Below are positions 19,933-28,843 of a stretch of DNA of 64,000 nucleotides, one piece after another. Each line of letters opens with the position of its first letter. Position 1 is the stretch's first letter. A program made the position numbers and the translations under genes. This DNA comes from Nitrosopumilaceae archaeon (GTDB taxonomy: Archaea > Thermoproteota > Nitrososphaeria > Nitrososphaerales > Nitrosopumilaceae). The stretch lies in contig OZ242376.1 in NCBI GenBank assembly GCA_965209085.1, positions 96,001 to 160,000 on the forward strand, in the 5' to 3' direction. The notes under the pieces are model-generated. The model was not told where the DNA came from. It worked only from the letters and a program-made list of their open reading frames with translations, and made no database searches.

Positions 19933-20345
19933 GCTTTTACCCTCTTTAGCTCTGAATGTAATTTTATCGCAGCCTCCACTGCGCGTTCGGCCACCGGTCT
20001 GATGCGTGCGTAAGCCTGTCTTTCCTGCATGCCCGGACCGCTTATTCCAAGAGTCACCGGTTTGCCGTATTTTATCGAAAGTTCTGTAAGGGATTTTGCC
20101 GTAGAATTTGCAATAACTTCATCATGCTTTGTCTTGCCGCGTATTATGGCCCCAAGCGTGACCACTGCGTCAACATCACTCCTCTGAAGCAGCGCATCAG
20201 CTATCAGGGGCATATCATATACGCCTGACACATGGCTTGTAACCGATACTGTAATCTTTAGGGACTGCGTTTTTTCACACGCTGCCAAGAGCATGCGGGA
20301 TGTTATCTCGCCGTTGAATTCGGAAACAATAATTGCAATCTTCAC
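19929..20345 (-). CDS. ribH: 6,7-dimethyl-8-ribityllumazine synthase
   Basis: IIVSEFN, LGAIIRG.TKHD, KPVTLGI. Confidence 0.95.
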   Translation of the reverse strand: MKIAIIVSEFNGEITSRMLLAACEKTQSLKITVSVTSHVSGVYDMPLIADALLQRSDVDAVVTLGAIIRGKTKHDEVIANSTAKSLTELSIKYGKPVTLGISGPGMQERQAYARIRPVAERAVEAAIKLHSELKRVKA

Positions 20346-20348
20346 AAT

Positions 20349-21014
20349 TTACACCCTTGCGTGCTCTAACAGCTCAGCTCCGTTGACAAACGGAATTCCG
20401 TTTTGTTTGGCATATTTTGCAGCTTTATCAAAAGAGAGCGCCGAATATGTCTGCGCGTCCATCATCTCGCAGATCAGGGCTGCCGGAGATAATCCTGCCA
20501 ATTTTAGCAGATACACAGACATTTCAGTATGTCCGCGTCTTTCTGCAAGCATACCCTTTGAAGCAAGCAGCAGCGGCAGATGTCCTGGTGTGACAAACGA
20601 GGATACAAATTTTTCTTTCAAATCCGACATGCCGTACAGTTTTGCAATTTCACGCGCGGTATGGGCCCTGTCACTGTCCGTTATACCAGTATACGTACTG
20701 CGATGGTTTACATGTATTGAAAAAGAAGGCCGATCCCCGTACGGAGCACTGCTCGGAATCATTTTGCGCGATTGTGAATCCAGCGATTCCTCTAGTATCT
20801 CATGCATGTATTTTAGACCCATCTCTTTGCCGAATTGGCCGTCAAGTGCAAGACACACAAGACCGCCGCCGTGCTGGCGCATTCTAGCTATATGTTCCGG
20901 TTCTACCATTTGGGCTGCAACAACCATGTCAATCTCGTTCTCGCGTTCCTTTGAATCATACAGCAGTATGAACTCGCCGTGCTTTAGCGATTCAATGGCA
21001 TGATCAAGTGTCAT
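20349..21014 (-). CDS. ribB: 3,4-dihydroxy-2-butanone-4-phosphate synthase
   Basis: D...RENE.D, TGITDSDRA, PGH, R.GHTE, ICEM; start moved to MTLDHAI at 21014. Confidence 0.93.
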   Translation of the reverse strand: MTLDHAIESLKHGEFILLYDSKERENEIDMVVAAQMVEPEHIARMRQHGGGLVCLALDGQFGKEMGLKYMHEILEESLDSQSRKMIPSSAPYGDRPSFSIHVNHRSTYTGITDSDRAHTAREIAKLYGMSDLKEKFVSSFVTPGHLPLLLASKGMLAERRGHTEMSVYLLKLAGLSPAALICEMMDAQTYSALSFDKAAKYAKQNGIPFVNGAELLEHARV

Positions 21015-21085
21015 GCATGATATTGTCCTGATTTGGATTATAAAGCTAACTAGGATACTGGTCATTACCAAAATATTGGTAGAAA

Positions 21086-21670
21086 TTATGCCCCAAGAAC
21101 ATATTTTCCAAGTATATCCGTCTCGATGTTTACCTTGTCTCCGGTCTTTTTGTGCCGAAAGTTTGTGATCTGTACGGTATGCGGTATGAGGCATACGGAC
21201 GCCTTTGTTCCCTTTACGTCAGATATGGTTAAACTGATGCCGTCAACTGCTATGGAACCTTTTTTGACCATAAATTTGGCAAGTGATTTTGGAATCTCAA
21301 ACCAAATGCGTATCTGACCGGGCTCTTTAACAATTTCCCTTATGATGCCCGTGCCGTCCACATGTCCTAGAACAAAATGACCTTCCATTCTGCCGCCTGC
21401 CTTTACACTGCGTTCTATGTTTAACAGCTCTCCTGTTTTTAGCATACCTAGTGATGTATTTTTTACAGTCTCATCAATCATTTCAAAATTACACGCATTG
21501 CCAATCCGTTTGATTACCGTAAGACACACGCCATTAAGCGCGACACTTTGTCCCGTTTTGAGTCCCTTTGAATGCGCGCCCAAATCCACGGAAATTCCTA
21601 TCGTGCTGCGGGTTTTTGTTTTGCCCATTTTTTTCACTTTTCCGGTTCCTTCAACTATTCCAGTAAACAC
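21086..21670 (-). CDS. ribE: riboflavin synthase (bacterial-type alpha chain)
   Basis: Canonical MFTGIVE start (GTG at 21670), NGVCLT, GHFVLGHVD, KGSIAVDGISLT. Confidence 0.95.
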   Translation of the reverse strand: MFTGIVEGTGKVKKMGKTKTRSTIGISVDLGAHSKGLKTGQSVALNGVCLTVIKRIGNACNFEMIDETVKNTSLGMLKTGELLNIERSVKAGGRMEGHFVLGHVDGTGIIREIVKEPGQIRIWFEIPKSLAKFMVKKGSIAVDGISLTISDVKGTKASVCLIPHTVQITNFRHKKTGDKVNIETDILGKYVLGA

Positions 21671-21777
21671 TGCCAAATACGGCATCTAATTACTATAAAA
21701 TTATTTGCAGTTGCCAAAGGCGTTTTCACATAGGATCTGCATCCTATGGGAATTTTATTTCACATAGGATGGCATTC

Positions 21778-22197
21778 TTACGGGACATTGCGTACAAATT
21801 TTCTGTTATTGCGGTATGCATCAAGATGCAACAGGCCAAAAATTACCGCAATAGTGCCCGCATATCCGAAATTCAGAAATCCGGACACCACAACTGTAAT
21901 GAGTGCCATAAACCCCAAATCCACTAGTGCCTGTACGGGAACGGCGGCCAAACCTAGTCTAGCATGCAGCGGGAAAAATATCATATTACTCTCGTAACGC
22001 ATCATGCGCTTGTTGAGAACCGTATACACAGCATCACATGAAAAACATACAAACCATACGAGAAAAAACCCCACAGTAACCGCAGGCGGAATCCGTATGT
22101 CATAATGGCCTAGAAGAATCAGCATCGCCGGAATGCATGCGGCTATGGGGAGGGCAAATACGATCTTTTTATGCCTGCGATCCATGCTGACCCGCAT
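21778..22197 (-). CDS. membrane protein (DUF5658-like)
   Basis: Four TM segments with D..YT......E.N motif. Confidence 0.5.
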   Translation of the reverse strand: MRVSMDRRHKKIVFALPIAACIPAMLILLGHYDIRIPPAVTVGFFLVWFVCFSCDAVYTVLNKRMMRYESNMIFFPLHARLGLAAVPVQALVDLGFMALITVVVSGFLNFGYAGTIAVIFGLLHLDAYRNNRKFVRNVP

Positions 22198-22504
22198 GCC
22201 GTTCTTTCACCCATTCGAGCTTTATTATCCCAATTATTCCGCCAACCACAACCATTACGCCTCCTACAAATTTCAATGCAGTGGAGGCCTGTGTCCACAT
22301 CGCCGCCCATGAGGCCGGGACGTTTTGCGGATTGCTAAAATCCACATCCAAAAACCATTCTATGGTTTCAGGAAGAACGGCTATTATGATCCCAGATATT
22401 ATGGAGCTTGATAATATTCCCATCCATTTCCCTTTGTCCTCTTCACCAACCATTGTTTTCTCATACATACAAAAAACAGTATATGCGGCGCATTTAAGAG
22501 ACAA
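22169..22504 (-). CDS. small hydrophobic protein, possibly VirB2/TrbC-like pilin
   Basis: Amphipathic helices GKWMGILSSSIISGIIIAVLPETIEWF and ALKFVGGVMVVVGGIIGIIKL. Confidence 0.4.
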   Translation of the reverse strand: MSLKCAAYTVFCMYEKTMVGEEDKGKWMGILSSSIISGIIIAVLPETIEWFLDVDFSNPQNVPASWAAMWTQASTALKFVGGVMVVVGGIIGIIKLEWVKERHAGQHGSQA

Positions 22505-22510
22505 TTTACC

Positions 22511-23257
22511 TTATTCTGACAAAAAATAATCTATTCTCGGCTGACCCGCAGCCGGCGCGTGTCTTGCAGCTGCAATATCGGCAGTTACCATCTCACGGGT
22601 TAGGGATGGCAAAAGCATGTAGAAACGTTTACCATTTTTTATAATTTGAACGGTCGGAAATCCTACAATCATTCTTATTTTTTCTTTTTTTGCCACTATT
22701 CCTTCGCAGTCTCCGCTCTGATCCTGATATTCTATCTGATGGGATCTTTTACGAAGATCCTGATTCTGTACAAAATACGGATTTACCGTAACATACAATC
22801 TCCGTGCAGCATCGTACCAGCAGTCGTGCCAGACAAATTCATCTGATACGGATGCCGGAACTTTGTTTGAACGGATTTGGCAGCGCATGGCTTCATCGTC
22901 TGGAGAATTACTTTGTCCTGAACGCGTTTTTTCAAATTCTCCTTTGGCAGAGAATATTCTCTCATACACGCCATCTGATCCTTTTGTTGTAATATCCAAA
23001 CTGCCATCTTTGCCTGATGATTCAATCCATTTTATACACAATCTGCCACCACTGGAGTCTTTTATGCTGGAAATCTCCGGATACGACAGATCCAGTATGG
23101 CTCCGGTTTTGTGCGTGTGTACGGCAAGTCCCAAATTTGTCACAATAATTACCCCGTCACCGTATTTTGATCTTGCAGGAACGGTAAACAGCTCTTCTTC
23201 TCCACGGTTTAGCGGTTTCATGGCATCCAAAGGATTGTTTGCATAAAACCCCGTCAA
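22511..23257 (-). CDS. hypothetical protein with PH-like N-terminal domain
   Basis: L..GEE...G...VTN.G.....I.Y.EI..I pattern. Confidence 0.5.
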   Translation of the reverse strand: MTGFYANNPLDAMKPLNRGEEELFTVPARSKYGDGVIIVTNLGLAVHTHKTGAILDLSYPEISSIKDSSGGRLCIKWIESSGKDGSLDITTKGSDGVYERIFSAKGEFEKTRSGQSNSPDDEAMRCQIRSNKVPASVSDEFVWHDCWYDAARRLYVTVNPYFVQNQDLRKRSHQIEYQDQSGDCEGIVAKKEKIRMIVGFPTVQIIKNGKRFYMLLPSLTREMVTADIAAARHAPAAGQPRIDYFLSE

Positions 23258-24426
23258 TTGGCGCGTAAAATATCCGAGACTGCCAGATATTTCAAACTTG
23301 CAACAAATTCCTCATCTGTCACAAGTCCTGAGGCCCACCATCCTGCACTGCTGCGAACCCAGTCTGGCGCCAAAAGTGCCCCGCCGTGCTTTCCTACAAG
23401 ATATGCGATACTCGTAGAAAATTCCGTCGAATTTATCTGCCCAAAAGCCCACATTTTTGCCCCTTCCCGTATCCTTTGAGGTATGACATCGTATACGGCA
23501 TCCGGATCAAATCCGCTTATGACAAGCGTTCCGGCAGTTTGCGGTTCCACGTTAAAGGCAACGTGCCAGCTTCCAAACTCATCAACACTTTGAATGAATT
23601 CAATTGGTTCGCCGTCTATATTCAGATCAAATTTTTCTGCATCGTTGTATTTTGGAAATTCTATATTGATGCTTTCATGCAGCGGCCATCCGCCGGCTAT
23701 GGTAATTGAAAGCTCTGTATTCTCGCTGTTAAATTCTGGGTATGCCAACAGCAGTCCGGAATTGTATCTTATGGGAAAAGTTTCTTCGGATCTTTGAACA
23801 TTGAGAAAAATTATGGATAAATCGCCAAGACCAAAGCAGCTGTAATATTGAACATTTTCTGATACTGCCGCATCAGGATACATTGCAAAATTACGCACCT
23901 CTCCTGGCATCATGTATGTTATTGGAATCTCATTTGAAACCACATCTAGCGGTACATGGTTTTCATCATGTGCCACTGCCACCAGCTCTACATGTTTTGC
24001 CGGCACGTCCCCGGAATTTACAATGCGGCCTGTAACATGTCCGTCAGGATGAACAACGAGTGTCTCATCATATATGACCTCCACCTGCGGGGAATGGGAC
24101 ATTCCGCTAGTGTGTTCTGTGCGTATGTTGGATATTTTTGGAATTTGTCCCTTTGTATCATATATGGGAATTTTAAAGGGCATCTCACTGTTTGGCTTTA
24201 TGTTATGCGTATAGGCAGTTGTCTCTACAACCGTATTGCCGTATTCTACCTGTACGGTTACGGCGGCAAGTGCATTGTAATTGCCGGAATTTTTTACCAC
24301 GCCGATCAGATTGTATGTCCCGTCTTGGCCGTAAAAACTAGAAACACCGTGTTCAACTTTTACATCAGCAAAAGCTGGAATCATAAAAAAAGGCGTAAGG
24401 GCAAGCAGTATCATGATTGTACGCAT
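23254..24426 (-). CDS. secreted protein with FxLYD-like Ig domains and thaumarchaeal W..AGWW C-terminal domain
   Basis: Signal peptide; G.V.NSG...PG...F repeats; PDWVRSSAGWWASG. Confidence 0.75.
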   Translation of the reverse strand: MRTIMILLALTPFFMIPAFADVKVEHGVSSFYGQDGTYNLIGVVKNSGNYNALAAVTVQVEYGNTVVETTAYTHNIKPNSEMPFKIPIYDTKGQIPKISNIRTEHTSGMSHSPQVEVIYDETLVVHPDGHVTGRIVNSGDVPAKHVELVAVAHDENHVPLDVVSNEIPITYMMPGEVRNFAMYPDAAVSENVQYYSCFGLGDLSIIFLNVQRSEETFPIRYNSGLLLAYPEFNSENTELSITIAGGWPLHESINIEFPKYNDAEKFDLNIDGEPIEFIQSVDEFGSWHVAFNVEPQTAGTLVISGFDPDAVYDVIPQRIREGAKMWAFGQINSTEFSTSIAYLVGKHGGALLAPDWVRSSAGWWASGLVTDEEFVASLKYLAVSDILRAN

Positions 24427-24436
24427 TAGCGTACCA

Positions 24437-24643
24437 CTATGACCATGACTCTGGATTTTTTTTCCAAACCCGTTTTCCGTCTATAAACACGGAATCTTCT
24501 TCTTCAAATACCGTGTGCCATTTACCGTTGGTGGGGAAAATTTTGTCCATCTCAGTTACCTTGGTAGGAGTCGGACGTACGTTCATCAAGGCGCCCCATT
24601 TCATGTTTGGAATTTTTGGCATTATCTCGTTAATATCGCGCAA
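24437..24643 (-). CDS. conserved small thaumarchaeal protein
   Basis: 68 aa ORF in operon. Confidence 0.7.
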   Translation of the reverse strand: MRDINEIMPKIPNMKWGALMNVRPTPTKVTEMDKIFPTNGKWHTVFEEEDSVFIDGKRVWKKNPESWS

Positions 24644-24644
24644 T

Positions 24645-26288
24645 TTATTGACCCACTCTTAGTACACCGTTTTCTATAAGATATTGCAAAGCTCCGACAA
24701 ACGTCTTATCATCAATCTCTCCTGTTGCCCACCATCCGGCGTTTGACTTTACCCATTCGGGTATCTCACTGCTGGATGATTCTCCCTGCAAGGTTGCAGG
24801 TATTATGATTACCTCGCTGTTTATGAGATATTTGATTGCCGTAACAAACGTCTTATCGTCAATCTCTCCTGTTGCCCACCATCCGGCGTTTGACTTTACC
24901 CATTCGGGAATCGAAACCTCTACTTGTTTGTTTTCAACACCCGCACCTACCTCTATTATTGTTGAACCAATGCCGGCGTATTTTGGATCAAAGTCAAGTC
25001 CGATTGTGCCCTGTCCATAAATCATAACATCTAATCTGTACGTCTTCTCGTCTGGTATGTTTAACACCTGTGTGTCTATTACCTCAAAAGCTAGTATTTC
25101 AGAATTTTGCGATATAATCGTGTTTGATTCATGTTCTGAAAGAATGTATGCATATCTGATATTGGGCAAGGCTTCGTCCTGGAAGCCAAAGAATGTAATT
25201 TCAAACGGTATGTCCTCGCCTGAACTGTACGAGGAATCCCATGAAACGTCCATAGTTACACCATTCTTCTCCATGGTATTCGCGTCTACCAAGTAGGAAC
25301 TAAGTATGTTTTTTGATACTGTTGAACCGGGTACTAGTCTGAAATTCATCACGTCCTGTTCTTCGTGTTCGGAACCTAGAATGTCGTTTATGCGTTTTAA
25401 TTCATCTCCAATAACCAAAAAGTGAATCACATTTACATCCTCATGGGTATATGGATCAAAACTCAACACGCCGTGATTTAACTCAACTCCGTCAACGTAT
25501 CCCTTGAATTGTCTTTCTCCGTTATATGGGGAAAACGTTTTTGGAATCTGTATCTCTTCGTGAACTATTGCTACCTGTTCAATATAGTCCGGAGACCAGT
25601 CAAACGGCATGCTGAAAGATATTGCATCGTTGTTCCTGTCATACTTTAAATTTTCAATCTTGTCATAGTATGTCTTTACCACCACGTCTAATTCCGCCGT
25701 GGCAGTCTGTACACTAAAGATCTGTTTTTGAGCCACACTGACAAACGTCTCGTAAGAGAGGGTTTCTGAAAGCAAAGTTCTTGGACTTGTGGCAGCTTCA
25801 ATGTCCACACGTATGTTGTACAGTCCGCCTTTGTCAAATAAAGGTCCTTTGATAACCAGCTTTTCTCCGGCGCGGGCATAAAGAGCACCCGGGGCTGAAG
25901 GATGTTCTGCTCCATAATATTTGGTGCATTTTGAGGGTTTTGGTTCATTACAGTCGTATGTCGGGCGCACAATAATATCCAAATTTCCGTCAACATCATA
26001 ATAGAAATTTCTTGCAAGCAGTTTGTTACTATGCCATACTTCCATTCTGTACGTCACTTTTTCGAAAGTCTGATTTGTATCCAAATTAAAGAACCGTATG
26101 TCCATATTTGCCTCACTAATTTCACCTATGGTAAGATCCCAGGGTGTTATACTGGTGCTCACCGTCACGTTTTGACCGAAAAAACTAATTGGAGGTGCAA
26201 CGTCGCCACCCAATCCGTGGCCTGCCGCATCTCCTATAAGAAACGGGCATATGGCAAACATGAAATATGCAAAGAGTGTCATTTTCAT
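24645..26288 (-). CDS. secreted protein with two IPEWVKSNAGWW C-terminal repeats
   Basis: Signal peptide then HGLGGD; duplicated C-terminal domain. Confidence 0.8.
   Translation of the reverse strand: MKMTLFAYFMFAICPFLIGDAAGHGLGGDVAPPISFFGQNVTVSTSITPWDLTIGEISEANMDIRFFNLDTNQTFEKVTYRMEVWHSNKLLARNFYYDVDGNLDIIVRPTYDCNEPKPSKCTKYYGAEHPSAPGALYARAGEKLVIKGPLFDKGGLYNIRVDIEAATSPRTLLSETLSYETFVSVAQKQIFSVQTATAELDVVVKTYYDKIENLKYDRNNDAISFSMPFDWSPDYIEQVAIVHEEIQIPKTFSPYNGERQFKGYVDGVELNHGVLSFDPYTHEDVNVIHFLVIGDELKRINDILGSEHEEQDVMNFRLVPGSTVSKNILSSYLVDANTMEKNGVTMDVSWDSSYSSGEDIPFEITFFGFQDEALPNIRYAYILSEHESNTIISQNSEILAFEVIDTQVLNIPDEKTYRLDVMIYGQGTIGLDFDPKYAGIGSTIIEVGAGVENKQVEVSIPEWVKSNAGWWATGEIDDKTFVTAIKYLINSEVIIIPATLQGESSSSEIPEWVKSNAGWWATGEIDDKTFVGALQYLIENGVLRVGQ
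24697..24908. repeat. 65-bp near-identical direct repeat (24697-24761, 24844-24908)
   Basis: One mismatch between copies; encodes the PEWVKSNAGWWATGEIDDKTFV repeats. Confidence 0.9.
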
Positions 26289-26379
26289 ATATAATATAAC
26301 TACAAATACGCATATTTACTTATCGCAAGTATCTACGTACCAAGCGAGGATTTTTAACACCATCATAGTAAGATTTTGC

Positions 26380-27207
26380 ATGAAACCGGCGTTATTTTTA
26401 CTAGCATTTGTCCTGCTCTCGTCTCTTACACTAGGAGTAACATATGCGGAAAAACTTTCTACTGAAAAAGGAACACTTGACGTAAATCTTGCCGTAGAGA
26501 TTTCAGAAAATAATCCTGTGCAATCAAAATTAAAAATTGATTTTATAAATCCCGTTACGGGAAATGTGCAGGAACATATTGACTATATGATTACAATATT
26601 TGACCAATCGGAAAATACCATATTTGGTCCGATACCGCTGACCCATACGTCGGTAGGTTCGATTACAATACCGGTGGAAATAGATCAAAGCATGGAACAC
26701 CGCGTATTGGTGGAAGTGTTTGGAATATTGTTTCAGCCAATAGACAAAGAAGCTGTTGTATTTACAATAAACGACGCGACAGCACCAGAACCTGAGGATG
26801 GGGGATGTTTGATTGCCACCGCAGCGTACGGTTCAGAGCTTGCACCCCAGGTCCAACAATTGCGGTATGTGCGGGATACAATATTACAAAATTCCGATGC
26901 CGGATCCGCATTTATGACATCGTTTAACACCATATACTATGCATTCTCACCTGCCGTGGCGGATTTTGAAAGAGAGAATGAACTCTTTAGGGATATGGTT
27001 CGAGCATATATCACTCCTATGATCTCAACCCTTTCCGTCATAGAAAGTGCTGATTCTGAAGCAGAGATCATATCATATGGAATAGGAGTGATATTGTTAA
27101 ACGCAGCATTATACATTGCAATACCTGTAATAGCGGCCACTCTAATATACAAAAAGATCTCAAAGCTAGTACGTGAGACTAGGTTTTACGCTCCAAAACA
27201 CGACTAA
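26380..27207 (+). CDS. CFI-box-CTERM surface protein
   Basis: Signal peptide from MKPALF (ATG 26380); GGCLIATAAYGSELAPQVQ; C-terminal TM. Confidence 0.85.
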   Translation: MKPALFLLAFVLLSSLTLGVTYAEKLSTEKGTLDVNLAVEISENNPVQSKLKIDFINPVTGNVQEHIDYMITIFDQSENTIFGPIPLTHTSVGSITIPVEIDQSMEHRVLVEVFGILFQPIDKEAVVFTINDATAPEPEDGGCLIATAAYGSELAPQVQQLRYVRDTILQNSDAGSAFMTSFNTIYYAFSPAVADFERENELFRDMVRAYITPMISTLSVIESADSEAEIISYGIGVILLNAALYIAIPVIAATLIYKKISKLVRETRFYAPKHD

Positions 27208-27251
27208 ATTATAATGCATGGTTTTTATAAAAGTCAGATTTAATCCATATA

Positions 27252-28118
27252 ATGAATATAAAGACAATAGGAACACTGTTTGTTTTATTTTCTTTGATTT
27301 CCGGAATTGGCATAACACAAGCATACGGTGATCATAGTATGGCATCTGTAAGTATTCCTTCAGGAAGTAGCGTTCAAGGGTGTGAAGAAACTAACGAGTG
27401 TTTTATACCATATGAGGTTACAGTTGACAAAGGCGGAGAAGTAATTTGGACAAACGATGACACTGCTGTTCATACTGTCACTAGCGGCAGTGCCGCTAAC
27501 GGTCCAGATGACGTATTTGATTCTTCCATAGTAAGCCCTGGTGCAGAATTCAGCTATATACCAACTAATGATGGCACATTTGATTATTTCTGTATAGTCC
27601 ATCCATGGATGGTTGGAATAGTTACAGTTTTAGCTGAAGGTATGGATGACATGATGATCCCAGAGACCACACCGGCAGTAATGATGAGCCAGGATGGTGA
27701 TTATATGATCAAAGTTTACCCTCATACAGAACCAGTTGCAAATGAAATGTTTGCCTTTACAGTAGTTGTGACAGACTCTAATGATGGCGAAACCGTACAC
27801 CTAAACTATGACGTAATGGCAATGCAAGACGGTCAAACCGTACTAGAAAAATCAGAAATTCACGCGCATCAAGGCATGAAAAAACACATAACATCCATGC
27901 TCAATTCAGATTCTCCTGTTACCGTTTCAATAACACTGCAAGGATTTGGCGTAGACATGCAAGACAAGAGTGATCGTACCGGTCCAATAGGTGAAACTAT
28001 AGAATTGAACATTGTTCCAGAATTTGGTACAATAGCTATACTAGTACTAGCAGTGGCAATCATATCAATAGTCGCAGTCACTACAAAATCTAGATTAAGC
28101 ATAACACCAAGACTTTAA
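27252..28118 (+). CDS. plastocyanin-like blue copper protein with PEFG-CTERM
   Basis: W.N.D...HTVTSG, YFCIVHPWM, VPEFG plus TM. Confidence 0.92.
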   Translation: MNIKTIGTLFVLFSLISGIGITQAYGDHSMASVSIPSGSSVQGCEETNECFIPYEVTVDKGGEVIWTNDDTAVHTVTSGSAANGPDDVFDSSIVSPGAEFSYIPTNDGTFDYFCIVHPWMVGIVTVLAEGMDDMMIPETTPAVMMSQDGDYMIKVYPHTEPVANEMFAFTVVVTDSNDGETVHLNYDVMAMQDGQTVLEKSEIHAHQGMKKHITSMLNSDSPVTVSITLQGFGVDMQDKSDRTGPIGETIELNIVPEFGTIAILVLAVAIISIVAVTTKSRLSITPRL

Positions 28119-28169
28119 TTAAAATAATTATTTATTTTTTTACAACACTTACCGTAGGTACGTCATAAT

Positions 28170-28787
28170 TTATTTTCTTTTAATCATGGCTATAACAGCC
28201 AATATGACACCTGCAATTCCAAATGAAATTCCAAATATTGCCAAATCATATGCTGCACCTGCATCGTTATCAGTTTGTACGTTTGAGGTCATTTCGCGTA
28301 CTTGTTGTTGCAAGGCCGACATTGAAGATTTTAGCGCCGTTACATCCTGATCCGATCCTCCTTTGGATGCAGGAAAATCCAGTACGGCGGTACCTTCTAC
28401 ATCTTCTATTGGAACAATTATGTCCACATCAACCCCGTTTACCATGCCTGAAAATTCTACAGAATACGAACCTGTTTTGGTGGGAATTACAGATGCAAAA
28501 TAATGTCCTGGCCGGGATTCAGAACCAACGTCAAGTATCTTTTTTTCACCGCCAAATATTGCAGTGGCGAGCATGTTTCTGAACGCGTTTTTAACTCCCG
28601 AGGAAACACCTTTCACATCCCCCGGCTCGGTTACTTGTATTACAAAATCATTACGCAGGCCCACTATTGGGGGCTCTATGCCCCAACCAATTTCTATATC
28701 ATACTGGTCTACGGAAACGGTGGTGTGCGCAGCAGCTGCGGGAATGGAACAGACCAGTACAAGCAGAAGGGGCGCAATAGTGCGCAT
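28170..28787 (-). CDS. membrane-anchored secreted protein of the copper cluster
   Basis: Start MRTIAP at 28787; AAAH mature N-terminus, coiled coil, C-terminal TM. Confidence 0.75.
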   Translation of the reverse strand: MRTIAPLLLVLVCSIPAAAAHTTVSVDQYDIEIGWGIEPPIVGLRNDFVIQVTEPGDVKGVSSGVKNAFRNMLATAIFGGEKKILDVGSESRPGHYFASVIPTKTGSYSVEFSGMVNGVDVDIIVPIEDVEGTAVLDFPASKGGSDQDVTALKSSMSALQQQVREMTSNVQTDNDAGAAYDLAIFGISFGIAGVILAVIAMIKRK

Positions 28788-28843
28788 GAATAAACGACTA
28801 TTGTATGGAATTTTAACATTATGATTGGACGTTTTAAATTGTC

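Noticed and set aside
21015-21194. N-terminal extension of RibB
   Set aside because: Overlaps ribE in another frame; the family start fits 21014
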